In this document: one piece after another, positions 19,800 through 29,839 of the stretch | Layout: every line of letters begins with the position of its first letter | Position numbering within the stretch: position 1 is the first letter of the stretch | Virus record (IMG/VR): IMGVR_UViG_3300000439_000004 | Coordinates: 64,001 to 128,000 of that record | Source of the DNA: a virus | Lineage: Duplodnaviria; Caudoviricetes | Reading direction: 5' to 3' (one strand) | DNA: 64,000 nt | Translations under genes and position numbers: made by a program | Notes under the pieces: generated by a model | Told to the model about the DNA's origin: nothing | Databases searched by the model: none | The model's input: only the letters and a program-made list of their open reading frames with translations

Positions 19800-20239
19800 T
19801 GGAATGGAATGAATATTTTTTAAGTATTGCAGAACAAGTAAAAGTAAAATCAAAAGATATTAATACACAGATAGGTGCGGTTATCGTTGGGAGTGACAGG
19901 GAGATACTTTCTACGGGTTATAATTCGTTTCCAAGGGGTTTGGATGATACGAAAGAAGAACGTCAGGAAAGACCTGAAAAGTACTTCTGGATGGAACATG
20001 CTGAACGTAATGCAATATATAATGCGGCAAGAGTTGGAACACCAATAAAAGATTCATCAATTTATATCACATCTGGTGTTCCTTGTATGGATTGTGCAAG
20101 AGGAATAATTAATTCAGGTATTAAAAAAGTATATTGTAAAAGGGTTTGTACTACTACAAATAAAGATATGTGGGATGAACACCAGAAACGTAGCATAGAC
20201 ATGTTACATGAATGTGGTGTGGAAGTTATATTTTATTAG
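19799..20239 (+). CDS. dCMP deaminase
   Basis: TGYNSFPRG, HAERNAI, PCMDC. Confidence 0.92.
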   Translation: MEWNEYFLSIAEQVKVKSKDINTQIGAVIVGSDREILSTGYNSFPRGLDDTKEERQERPEKYFWMEHAERNAIYNAARVGTPIKDSSIYITSGVPCMDCARGIINSGIKKVYCKRVCTTTNKDMWDEHQKRSIDMLHECGVEVIFY

Positions 20240-20726
20240 GTAATTGATCGTAATAATTTTTTAATTGATGTTCGTATTTAAAATATTTTATATTATCCGG
20301 TGGATTATAATTAACCATTTCTCTACCTTTAATTACCAATCCATCATAACCTAAATTTAACATTTCAGTTCTTATATCAGTTTGATTAAAAAATTCAGTT
20401 GGATTATAAGACATATTGCGTTCTTTACACCAATTGTTAATTACATTTTGAAGAAAGATTTCTGCCAAATTTGCATCATGAACAACTTTTGGTGTTTTTG
20501 GAATAGCATTTAATACGAAATAAACTTTACCGTATTTGTTTGCCATACTTTTATTACTTAGAAATGCAGTATATAATCCTGAACCAAATCTACCACCCGC
20601 ATTATTTTCTTTACCGAGTTCATTAACACCACGTAACGTTACATTTTTACGTTTCCATTTAAGATAATCTTGGTGAGATTGTTCGGTTAATGTTTTTAGT
20701 TGTTCTTCTGTTATAATTATTTTCAT
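20226..20726 (-). CDS. Putative ADP-ribosyltransferase-like protein with MKIIITEEQL leader
   Basis: TLRG...GRFGSGLY...ANKYGKV...GYDGL...EMVNYNP pattern of polyvalent-type ART domains. Confidence 0.5.
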   Translation of the reverse strand: MKIIITEEQLKTLTEQSHQDYLKWKRKNVTLRGVNELGKENNAGGRFGSGLYTAFLSNKSMANKYGKVYFVLNAIPKTPKVVHDANLAEIFLQNVINNWCKERNMSYNPTEFFNQTDIRTEMLNLGYDGLVIKGREMVNYNPPDNIKYFKYEHQLKNYYDQLPNKI

Positions 20727-21262
20727 AAATTATTATTAGGTAATTTAGTGTCTTTTATGAATTTACTATGTGAATTTTTATAAGATTTTTGTGATTCATC
20801 TTCCACATCTTTTGTGTATTGCCAGTTCCAATATAAGTCATTGTTTGGTTTGAATTCGTAAAATCTATGTACTTCTTTTTGAAGGTTATTAACATTTTCA
20901 CCATTCCAATTTTGACCAACACATATATAACCGGTTTCAATATCTTTAACTAAATTTTGTTCACCTAAAGTTGTCCTAATATTTTCTATCCAATTTAATC
21001 TTTCAATTAAATTTTGATAATACATATTGGTTTGTCCCCATCTTATTGAACTAAAAAAAATGACAGCATCAGATTCAAACAATTCTTTACTAATCTTCCA
21101 AAGTTCGTCTTTTGGGTTATTAAAACTTGCCCAACATCTGTGATGACCTGATGGGTTTTTATCTTTATCTTTAAGTTTTGATTTTAATAAACCACAAGTA
21201 TTATCATCTTTTCTTGATACATTTCCCTCACAAGGTAAAATATTTAATTCTGGAACATCTAT
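20723..21262 (-). pseudogene. 5'-truncated flavodoxin-like/NADPH-dependent FMN reductase
   Basis: Frame open from 21262 (IDVPELNILPCEGNVS...CWAS...DELWKISKELFESDAVIFFSSIRWG...LIERL); N-terminal FMN-binding loop and start codon missing. Confidence 0.7.
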
Positions 21263-21296
21263 TTAAAATATTTTTTATTCTATAAACAAATGCCAT
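21228..21296 (-). pseudogene. Mini-ORF starting like a GIY-YIG endonuclease, fused out of frame to the flavoprotein relic
   Basis: MAFVYRIKNILN..., compare MIIYKTTNIIN of ORF 53131. Confidence 0.5.
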
Positions 21297-21299
21297 AAT

Positions 21300-22028
21300 T
21301 TACCAAAATTTACAGCTCCAGTATCTCGGAGAGGTTTTATCTTTAGCAGTATCACAATGGTGTCTTGCTCTAAATGATTTACGATGTGATGGGATATGTT
21401 TTTTAATTCTCATATTTGGGTCACCAAAATTAACTTTTATAACATTACCCTTTTCATTTTTAACATAAACAGAACGTTTTTTGGGTCCATTTGGTGTTAA
21501 AAATGGTTTACCTAACTGAACTTTTCTTCCTTTATATTCTGCTTCATTCAATAATTCATCAGGAATGAAATTAGTATTTTGAACAGAACCAAATTCATCT
21601 TCAAAAATAATATCATTATTCTCATCAAATTCATTTAATGAATGTATTTCTTTTAAAATTAAATTTGTAATATTACTTATAATTTCTTCATTATAATGAG
21701 TTAATTTAGGTGAGTTACCAGTACCACTTTTTGGGTGATCTTTTTCTGCATTTCTTTTTTGATTCGTCATTGCCTTTTTTTCTTTTTTTGTATATGAATT
21801 AGCTGTTTTTGGCGTTTCTTTTGAAACTTTTTTGGATGGTCTACATTTTGGGTAACTTCCATCTGCCGCCTTCTTTCTTCCACATGGTGGATGTTTTCCA
21901 TTAACTTTTTTGCTAACGTCAACCCATTTTTCTTTAAACCATCTATTAAGATCTTCTTTTAAAACCTCACCAGATTCTAAAGATTCTTGAATGTAATTAA
22001 AATCTTCTTTATTAACTAATATTTTCAT
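21300..22028 (-). CDS. Two-module basic Cys-containing protein (putative capsid-internal)
   Basis: Modules DLNRWFKEKW...PCGR...YPKCRP and AEYKGR...VNFGDP...SFRARHHC...YWSCKFW. Confidence 0.65.
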   Translation of the reverse strand: MKILVNKEDFNYIQESLESGEVLKEDLNRWFKEKWVDVSKKVNGKHPPCGRKKAADGSYPKCRPSKKVSKETPKTANSYTKKEKKAMTNQKRNAEKDHPKSGTGNSPKLTHYNEEIISNITNLILKEIHSLNEFDENNDIIFEDEFGSVQNTNFIPDELLNEAEYKGRKVQLGKPFLTPNGPKKRSVYVKNEKGNVIKVNFGDPNMRIKKHIPSHRKSFRARHHCDTAKDKTSPRYWSCKFW

Positions 22029-22036
22029 TGTTTATA

Positions 22037-22366
22037 TTATTTAACTGTTCTCCATCCACCACCTTTAGATTTATATCTTTTAGCAGCAGCACCATTACAA
22101 TATGCACTTGGACAGACTTTGTATTTAGATCTTGCCCACGCTAAACAACTAGCCCATAATTTTGAGTTTGTTGGTTTGTGTTTTGCTTCATCTATTTCCA
22201 TTTCTTCATTGTCTTCGTTTATTGTTTTATTTTTAGGAACACAATTAGGAACTTCTTTTCCATTTTTCATTTTTTTACCAACCATTTTATAACCCTCCCA
22301 ACAAGTACTATCCATTTTTTCATTAAGGATTGATCTTAATTGTTCTTCTGTTATTATTATTTTCAT
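22037..22366 (-). CDS. Two-module basic protein with MKIIITEEQL leader
   Basis: CWEGYKMVG...VPNCVP and KPTN...PSAYCNG...YKSKGGGW. Confidence 0.7.
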   Translation of the reverse strand: MKIIITEEQLRSILNEKMDSTCWEGYKMVGKKMKNGKEVPNCVPKNKTINEDNEEMEIDEAKHKPTNSKLWASCLAWARSKYKVCPSAYCNGAAAKRYKSKGGGWRTVK

Positions 22367-22372
22367 ATTTTA

Positions 22373-22918
22373 TTAATTAATATATGCGTTTAGTTCGTAT
22401 TTTTTACCCAAGTCAGTTACTTGTATTTGTAATGCCTTTCTTTGTTCTCTACCATTTTTGAAAAGGGTGATAGTAAATCTATTTGTTCTACCATTTCTTG
22501 GTCTAGCAGGACCAAAACCTATTTTAGTTGCTGTTTCATCTTTATCATATTCATAACCTCTAGCTTCAGCATATTCCAATGCTGAATTTATTGCGGAAGT
22601 ATATGTATCGTGATATACTTTATAATCAAATTTTGATTCATTTAAATTTTGTTGTTCAAAATAACCTTCCATAAAGTTTGCAACTTCTTCAATATCATCT
22701 TTTGATGTTGTGATATGGTCTGCGGCCCAAGCATGTTCACCAGTGATTAATTTATCAAAACCTGGATGATGTTTAAAATTCAATATTTTTTCAATATCAT
22801 TTTTCAAATTAACTAAATTAGATAGAACCATATATGTACCATCATTTTTTTCTTTTTCAATTTGTTCAGAAATAATTCTTTTTAATTGAGCTTCACTAAT
22901 TTTAATTTTTCTTTTCAT
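22373..22918 (-). CDS. Hypothetical two-module protein with KIKISEAQL leader
   Basis: Likely start ATG 22918, after a TATTTAT motif. Confidence 0.65.
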   Translation of the reverse strand: MKRKIKISEAQLKRIISEQIEKEKNDGTYMVLSNLVNLKNDIEKILNFKHHPGFDKLITGEHAWAADHITTSKDDIEEVANFMEGYFEQQNLNESKFDYKVYHDTYTSAINSALEYAEARGYEYDKDETATKIGFGPARPRNGRTNRFTITLFKNGREQRKALQIQVTDLGKKYELNAYIN

Positions 22919-22931
22919 AATATATAAATAC

Positions 22932-24302
22932 TTATTTTTCTGATACAATCTCAAATTTTATTTGATCTTTATAATAAATTTCTTCTGTATGTGTATGACC
23001 TTTAAATTCCATATAATATTCTCTTGGAATTAAATAATTGGTATCTAAATAGAAGGAGTTTTCGTTGGTTACATCTAATTGTGTCCAATCGTAAACAATA
23101 ACGTCAGTGTGACCTTCTTTCACAAAAAGTCTATAATAAACTTCTTTAAATAATTGTGTTTTTGGTACATCTATTGATCTAAATGAAACGACAATTTTTC
23201 TTATATCACCTTGTTTTATTTTATCAGATTGTTTGATTCCAAAATATTGTATTGAATATCTTTGTAGTTCTGTTTGATTAGTACCAACTGTGAAATTTGC
23301 TGAGTATGGATTTGGAATAAATTTTTGTGTTACATCGTTAATTGATATACCATCTAAACTTAATGATTTCCATTTATCATAGAAGAATCTTCTACCATCA
23401 CAAATCTGACCTGATAGACCAAATGTGACTTTATAAATACCTTTTCTTATCTTTGTTGTAGTTAACCCAGTAAGTGTTGGGATTGGGGTATTTGATGAAT
23501 CTAAAATATCAACAGTAGGAAGATAATCTAAATCATAAAAATTAGTTCCTTTTGTTACATATAAATATAAATTTTGGGGACTATTTTCTATAAATAAATT
23601 TCTATCATCATCTATTCTATCATCAAAAATTGTTTCAACAAATGGTTCAAAAAACGTTTGTGTATATTTTGTAAAGAAAGCAACAGATTGTTCAAGAGAG
23701 TTAGTTATACTTTGATATGGTACTGAGAATGCAAGTCCTAATCCATAATTTGTAGAATCACCAGTTAAAATACTATTAATATAAGATGTGATATCTACAT
23801 TTATATTTTCATTTCCGTTATCAAAATGAATAGTATTGATAATTGTTGGGTTTGTATCATAGATACCAGGTGTTGTCCAACCACTTAATGTTGTTTTATT
23901 ATACCAGTTAGATGGTTTAATATCATATGTGTGATTATCTATTGAAATATCTGCAGTATATTCGTAATCGTAACCTGTACCTTCATCCCAATATTCATCT
24001 ATTTGAAATATAATCAAATCAAATGAGCTGGTTCTTTGTTTACCAGTATTTTTGATTTCATTTCTCATTGTTTCATCACCAAATATTGTGTTGGTCATGT
24101 TAAGATAATGTTTTGTATTAGAATCTATTACAAAATCATTATTATCTATTTTGTATTTTAAATCGGTTAAATCTACTTTAAAAATGAATTTAGAAAATCC
24201 ATTACCATAGTATAATTCGGTAGCTGGAAATTTTGATGTGTTGACATCAGAATTTTTAATTATTGTATTGTTTTTTTCAAAATATGAACGAAAATATGAC
24301 AT
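22932..24302 (-). CDS. Hypothetical beta-rich, probable virion protein
   Basis: 456-aa Thr/Asn/Tyr-rich ORF with a TATTTAT motif upstream. Confidence 0.6.
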   Translation of the reverse strand: MSYFRSYFEKNNTIIKNSDVNTSKFPATELYYGNGFSKFIFKVDLTDLKYKIDNNDFVIDSNTKHYLNMTNTIFGDETMRNEIKNTGKQRTSSFDLIIFQIDEYWDEGTGYDYEYTADISIDNHTYDIKPSNWYNKTTLSGWTTPGIYDTNPTIINTIHFDNGNENINVDITSYINSILTGDSTNYGLGLAFSVPYQSITNSLEQSVAFFTKYTQTFFEPFVETIFDDRIDDDRNLFIENSPQNLYLYVTKGTNFYDLDYLPTVDILDSSNTPIPTLTGLTTTKIRKGIYKVTFGLSGQICDGRRFFYDKWKSLSLDGISINDVTQKFIPNPYSANFTVGTNQTELQRYSIQYFGIKQSDKIKQGDIRKIVVSFRSIDVPKTQLFKEVYYRLFVKEGHTDVIVYDWTQLDVTNENSFYLDTNYLIPREYYMEFKGHTHTEEIYYKDQIKFEIVSEK

Positions 24303-24325
24303 CTTTTTTATTATAAATATCTCAA

Positions 24326-25867
24326 TTAGTTGATTCTAATTGAATTATTTAAAAGATCATTTTCAATTGTTTCAACTAATTTAATTAACTTATCATAATT
24401 AGGGTCACCTTTAACTAATGGACCATGTAAATTATGTTCATGACTTAATAATAAGTTAATCATCGCATATATTAATTTAATTAAATTTTCACCTCTTACT
24501 GTTGCAAATGTATTTGGTTCTATTTTTTCAATATAATCACTTTGAGTATAATCATATGTGTTTAAATTATTGAAATCAATAGGTTTATTTGTTTCATTGG
24601 TATCTGTAGATAAAAAATAAATTCTATCAGATACTAAAGTTCCAAAACTTTGTTCCGGTGAATTATTATTAATTTTGGCGTATTCTATTGTTTTTTCTTT
24701 TGTTTTAGTTTTTGGTTTAACAGATTGTTGAGACCATATTAAACCATTTGTTGGTCCGACTTTAGAAACTTCAATATTACTTAAAATATTGGTTCTATTA
24801 TTTTTTTCTGTATCAGTTAAACCATTTCTATGAACAAATTCATATGTTGGTCTAAAATAGAATGGGTGTAAATCTTCATTTAAATACTTACTATTTTCAG
24901 GAGTACTTAATTTGGAATCGGTTAATGTTTGTTTTAAACCATAATCATGTAATAAACTAATTATATGTCTAATTTCAATTGTTGATATTTTTATTAGGTC
25001 ACCATCTGCTGGGTCTAAAGGTACTGAAAATGTTGTGGTGCCTGATGGTGTTGTTATAAATTTACTAGTTCCACTGGTTATTGGTGTGTATTCATTGAAA
25101 TTAGTTGTTAAATAAGTCGGTCCTACAGCTTTATTTTGATCTATTTTATATAAATAAAAATTAATTTTTGTTGGGGTTAATAAATCATCTACATCATATT
25201 CAACAACATATTTAATTATACCAGATTCAACATTACTTTCATTTGTTTTTTCTTGAACTAATTCCATTGTTTTTGAGAATTTCTTCAAGAATAATTTTGA
25301 ATATTTTGATCCTAATATTGGTTGAGATAATAGGGTTTTTTTATCAACAACACTTGCTGCTCCTTTGGATAGTAATTTACCTCCTCTTAATACGATACCA
25401 TTTTCTGTGAATAAAATATCTGAACCATCTTTTCCATATAAAGCATTATCAGTATTTTTTGGGTGAGCACCTTCTGCTCTTTTATTAACATAGTTACCGT
25501 TAGTATCAAATATTGCTGGACTATGTTTATATGTCACACCATATGATAAGTTTTCAACTTGTTGTGAATATGTTTGACTATTAAAATCATGTAATGTTGT
25601 AAATGGTCCTGGTATATATTCTTGGTTAACAGTTTCTTTTGTTGTGTTATAATTAATAAGTTTAACTGCTTGTTGTTTTGATGGTATAAAATTAATTGTT
25701 GGTGGTAAGAATGGTAGACATATAAATGGATCTCTATCTCCCCAAGGAGTATAATCCATTGCCTTTTCTTTTTCACCAATATAATCATTATAACGAATTG
25801 CACGTATTCTCCCAATACCCAATGGGTCTACGTTATCAACACAAATTGCAATATCTATTATTTTCAT
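24326..25867 (-). CDS. Putative baseplate hub/spike protein (gp5/VgrG OB-fold-like N-terminus)
   Basis: AICVDNVDPLGIGRIR N-terminus; C-terminal HEH motif. Confidence 0.55.
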   Translation of the reverse strand: MKIIDIAICVDNVDPLGIGRIRAIRYNDYIGEKEKAMDYTPWGDRDPFICLPFLPPTINFIPSKQQAVKLINYNTTKETVNQEYIPGPFTTLHDFNSQTYSQQVENLSYGVTYKHSPAIFDTNGNYVNKRAEGAHPKNTDNALYGKDGSDILFTENGIVLRGGKLLSKGAASVVDKKTLLSQPILGSKYSKLFLKKFSKTMELVQEKTNESNVESGIIKYVVEYDVDDLLTPTKINFYLYKIDQNKAVGPTYLTTNFNEYTPITSGTSKFITTPSGTTTFSVPLDPADGDLIKISTIEIRHIISLLHDYGLKQTLTDSKLSTPENSKYLNEDLHPFYFRPTYEFVHRNGLTDTEKNNRTNILSNIEVSKVGPTNGLIWSQQSVKPKTKTKEKTIEYAKINNNSPEQSFGTLVSDRIYFLSTDTNETNKPIDFNNLNTYDYTQSDYIEKIEPNTFATVRGENLIKLIYAMINLLLSHEHNLHGPLVKGDPNYDKLIKLVETIENDLLNNSIRIN

Positions 25868-26067
25868 TATTTACCAGTTCGTTTACTTATTTCATTATTA
25901 ACTTTATTATACAATTCCTCAACACTATCAAGATGTCTTGTTAGATCTATAATTAGTTCTTTTGTTTTATTAAATTCATCAAATAATTCATTTTTTACTA
26001 AAAACAAATCATTATTTGATCTATCTTGGATATTTTCTACAATATCAATTATTTTTTTCTTATCCAT
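25867..26067 (-). CDS. Hypothetical coiled-coil protein
   Basis: 66-aa ORF tightly packed in the operon. Confidence 0.65.
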   Translation of the reverse strand: MDKKKIIDIVENIQDRSNNDLFLVKNELFDEFNKTKELIIDLTRHLDSVEELYNKVNNEISKRTGK

Positions 26068-26068
26068 T

Positions 26069-27958
26069 TTACATTGATTTTCCCGCTAATGTCATCATAC
26101 CAGGTAAAATTGTACCAGGTCCAGATGGTGTTGCAACAATAATCGGTAAAGTATTTGTTGATTTTGTAAAACCATTCATATCTTTTTCTTCTGTATGACC
26201 ATCAATAATTGATTTTACCATTGCTTGAAGATTACTACTTTCCCCATAAATTGGACCCATATTTATTCCTGCTGCTGACATTCTTTCTGATATATTCATA
26301 CTTGCTCTTTCAGGACTAAAACCCGGTTGTTTGTCTGCAAATAGTAATAATAAATTAGGTACTTGGTTTGATCCGTTTACTGCCAATGCAGTATTAATTG
26401 CAGTTATAATTGCATTAAATAAGTCATAACAATTATCTAATCCAGTTTCTAAAACTTTTAATAAAAATGAAATCAGTGCACTTATAATGACCAAATATCT
26501 TTTATTTTTTCCTTTAATAATTTTTTGTGCTGTTTTTAATAAAAATTTTAATAAATCCGCTTTAACTAATTTCCAAAATGTTCTTATAAATAACCAAAAT
26601 AAATCAGTAATTATTCCATTAAATAATTTAAATAATTTTTTCATTAAACTTTTTAAATCTAATGAACCTAAATTATTTTTAATTACTTTATACATTAAAA
26701 CAATTGGATAAATAATTTTTGGTGATAATATTGAAGTGATTATTGCCTTTGGTATGTTTAATATAAATAAATTTTGTAAATTTAAATTAAAATTAATTGG
26801 TAATAAATTCCCTTCTGATTGTGCTGCAGCATCATTTGCAACTTTTGAGAATGTCTCATTTATTGCAGTATTTAATGGTTTTTTATTTATATAATAAACA
26901 AAATCTTCAATCATTTTTCCATTGACTGGAACTTCAAAATTATTACAATCTGCAAATTTTAAAACTCTTCTTTTTCTTGTATCTTCATCATCTAAATCAA
27001 TACCTTCAACATCATCAAAATTAAAATAAGCTTCGATATCTTCTTCGTTTTCATCAAACATGTTATGTTGATTTTCTAACTTATTTTTATTTTTTGGTGA
27101 ACCACATACTGCGAACAATTTTTTAATTATTCTTTGTATCTCATTCATACCATCTAAGAAAAAAGAAGGTTCTGTACCATCACCTTGTATTGTCATTAAC
27201 ATTGCAGTTTTTGCAATATGTTTTAAATCGGGTAATTCAATTGAAGAGTAATAATCCGAAAAAAATTCACTTACTTTTGGTTTTGTATTTTCTTGTGTTA
27301 GACCTGAAACAATAAAATACTGATTTGGTGCACTCCAATTTGCAGTAAATAAAGTTTTATTATTATTTGTATTAAATTGGTAAGGACCACTTGTAAATGA
27401 TGTATAAAAATCTCTATTTAATTTTAATTTACCTTTATTTGGTGATGTTGCCTCATACATTATCTGACCTGATGAAGATGAAGGGTCAACAGTAAACATT
27501 TTTAAAAGATCAAATTCATTAGGTGTAATTGTTAATTGATCAATATTAATAGATGTTAATGTACCACAAATACCATCTCCAGCAAAAAAAACTTTCTCAA
27601 CATTACTAGATACTATTTGTTTCGCAGAATCTAATGTCGTTTTCCCTGCACTCATTGCATATTTCTTTAACTGACCAGTTATTGAAGTTTTATCATTCCC
27701 ACCAGGTTTATTATTGTTACCAAAAAAACCATTTGCAATATCCATTAATTCACCAAAAATATCTTTATTATTGGTTTTTTTTGAATTTGTTTGACCAAAT
27801 TGACCTAGTTTTTTACCTAATAATTGATCTGTTGATGGTAAGTCTTTAAGATATTTATCTTCTAAACTATTTGCAAAGGCATTGGGGTCATCATTAATTT
27901 TTTTGATGGCCTCTAATTTTGATTGTATTTTATTTTTTACACTTCTTGTATCACTCAT
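26069..27958 (-). CDS. Hypothetical protein
   Basis: 629-aa ORF with amphipathic/hydrophobic C-terminal helices. Confidence 0.7.
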   Translation of the reverse strand: MSDTRSVKNKIQSKLEAIKKINDDPNAFANSLEDKYLKDLPSTDQLLGKKLGQFGQTNSKKTNNKDIFGELMDIANGFFGNNNKPGGNDKTSITGQLKKYAMSAGKTTLDSAKQIVSSNVEKVFFAGDGICGTLTSINIDQLTITPNEFDLLKMFTVDPSSSSGQIMYEATSPNKGKLKLNRDFYTSFTSGPYQFNTNNNKTLFTANWSAPNQYFIVSGLTQENTKPKVSEFFSDYYSSIELPDLKHIAKTAMLMTIQGDGTEPSFFLDGMNEIQRIIKKLFAVCGSPKNKNKLENQHNMFDENEEDIEAYFNFDDVEGIDLDDEDTRKRRVLKFADCNNFEVPVNGKMIEDFVYYINKKPLNTAINETFSKVANDAAAQSEGNLLPINFNLNLQNLFILNIPKAIITSILSPKIIYPIVLMYKVIKNNLGSLDLKSLMKKLFKLFNGIITDLFWLFIRTFWKLVKADLLKFLLKTAQKIIKGKNKRYLVIISALISFLLKVLETGLDNCYDLFNAIITAINTALAVNGSNQVPNLLLLFADKQPGFSPERASMNISERMSAAGINMGPIYGESSNLQAMVKSIIDGHTEEKDMNGFTKSTNTLPIIVATPSGPGTILPGMMTLAGKSM

Positions 27959-28338
27959 TATATTGAATATGTTGTTTTTGATGTTCCTTTATCATCATCA
28001 TTAACTAATTTATCTAATATAGCTCTATCTTCGTCAGATAATGTAAGTTTACCAATTGGTCCTCCACCATTACCTTGACCTTGTGTTTGTTTTAATAAAA
28101 CACTTTGTAATTTAACTAATGATATTTTCTTTTCAGCACATTCATTAAGGATTTTTTGTTGTTCTTTAATTACAGGTCCAATCATACTCATATCCTCAGC
28201 ATCTTTCATAAATGCAAGCATTTTTTTCATAATTAATGATGCTGTATTTTTTTGTTCAACAATATCATTATAAATTTCTTGCATTAAAGACAATGCAGAA
28301 TCAACATCTAATGATATAATATTTCTTTTGTTTGCCAT
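27958..28338 (-). CDS. Hypothetical helical protein
   Basis: 126-aa ORF; TATTTAT motif just upstream. Confidence 0.7.
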   Translation of the reverse strand: MANKRNIISLDVDSALSLMQEIYNDIVEQKNTASLIMKKMLAFMKDAEDMSMIGPVIKEQQKILNECAEKKISLVKLQSVLLKQTQGQGNGGGPIGKLTLSDEDRAILDKLVNDDDKGTSKTTYSI

Positions 28339-28358
28339 ACTAATAAATAGATGTTTTT

Positions 28359-29057
28359 TTATTTTATGACATCTTCTAATATACCATTATACATTTTTTT
28401 ATAACGTTTTAATGATAATCTTATTTCTTTTGTTGATAAAGATGTCATTTCTCTCAATGATAAAAGTATTAGGTTCTTATTAAATTTATTACCTCCACCA
28501 ATTTGAAATATTTTATTAAAATTGGTAAAAATTTCAAGTAATGCGTATCCTAATTTTTTTTCATTTTCGTTCATTTCTTCATTTTCCATGAATTCTTCTA
28601 ATTCTACCACTAATTTTGTAATAATATCAGAATAATCAACGTCTTCATGGTCTATTGTATATGATAAATGAGGACTTTCCTCTATTTCAGAAGAAATGTC
28701 CTCATATGATATACTTCTATTACTTTCTTTGGTGTCTTTTTGAATTGCACCCATCAAGTAATTTTTACAAATCGTACCAAAATACGAATACGCCTTCGTA
28801 TTTTTGGTATGATCAAATTTGTTTAATTTTGTAATTAGAAAAGACCATGTATCGGTATGATTTTCATCAAATGATATACCTTTTCTATATAATTTATAGC
28901 GTCGAATAATTGATTCGATCATTATAATTAGGGGTTCTCTTAAATATTCATTGAATATCTTATTCCTTTCAGTTTCGTCTTCAGATTCTAGATATCTTAC
29001 TACCGCTTCTTCTTGTTCAACCCCAAAATACTCTTTTTGGGTTCTTTTTTTTGGCAT
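28359..29057 (-). CDS. Phage sigma factor (gp55-like late sigma candidate)
   Basis: Region-2-like NKFDHTKNTKAYSYFGTICKNYL. Confidence 0.65.
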   Translation of the reverse strand: MPKKRTQKEYFGVEQEEAVVRYLESEDETERNKIFNEYLREPLIIMIESIIRRYKLYRKGISFDENHTDTWSFLITKLNKFDHTKNTKAYSYFGTICKNYLMGAIQKDTKESNRSISYEDISSEIEESPHLSYTIDHEDVDYSDIITKLVVELEEFMENEEMNENEKKLGYALLEIFTNFNKIFQIGGGNKFNKNLILLSLREMTSLSTKEIRLSLKRYKKMYNGILEDVIK

Positions 29058-29839
29058 TAAGCTGGTACATAATTAATTTCTCGTTTATTTTTAAAGAAAA
29101 ATTCTTTTTTAGCTGAATCTATCCAAAACTTAACTTCATCCTCAGTTAATTTTTCATTTTCAAATGACCAAAATAATGAATCTTCTCTTAAATTCACGTG
29201 TTGATAACCAATACGTGGAACTGTCATTATTTTAACTTGATTATTAGTTAATCTTAGTAAAAATTCATAACTAAATGTTAGTTTCATGTTTTCTTTAAAC
29301 ACCCCATTTTCTTTAATGGTTTTTGTTCTATAAAGACCACCACTAGTTTGATAATTTTGGAATTCTAACAATGTACCATTATCAATATAACCTTGTTGAT
29401 CTGTAAAACCATAAGCCCAAGATGATTCATTCGTAAAACTTAAAAAATTACCATCTTTATCAACATCTTTAATGATTGGAAGAAATACATCAACATCTGT
29501 ATATGTGTTAATATGTTCATTCATTGATTTCAACCATATTGGTTTAAATATGTCATCAATTTCCAATATTGCAAACCATTCGGTATCACATGTTTCAATA
29601 CCTTTGTTAATTTGTGAACAAAAATCTGTTTTACCTAAATTAACGATATAATTGATTTCTAATTTTTGTCCAAAATCTATTTTGGTTATTTCATTTTTAA
29701 TGTCTGCTGGACAAATAATTGAAACTTTAACATCATTATAAAATGTGTTCATAGAATCAATTGCAATTGTTAACATTTCTTTATAATCTTCATCTATTTT
29801 GTGTACTGCTAAAAGTACTGTTATATTCTTGTTCTCCAT
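29057..29839 (-). CDS. Glycosyltransferase, GT2/GT-A fold
   Basis: ITVLLAVH, INKGIETCDTEWFAILEIDD, YEFLLR. Confidence 0.75.
   Translation of the reverse strand: MENKNITVLLAVHKIDEDYKEMLTIAIDSMNTFYNDVKVSIICPADIKNEITKIDFGQKLEINYIVNLGKTDFCSQINKGIETCDTEWFAILEIDDIFKPIWLKSMNEHINTYTDVDVFLPIIKDVDKDGNFLSFTNESSWAYGFTDQQGYIDNGTLLEFQNYQTSGGLYRTKTIKENGVFKENMKLTFSYEFLLRLTNNQVKIMTVPRIGYQHVNLREDSLFWSFENEKLTEDEVKFWIDSAKKEFFFKNKREINYVPA

Noticed and set aside
27958-28338. Terminase small subunit
   Set aside because: Size and helicity fit, but there is no recognisable motif and it is not adjacent to terL
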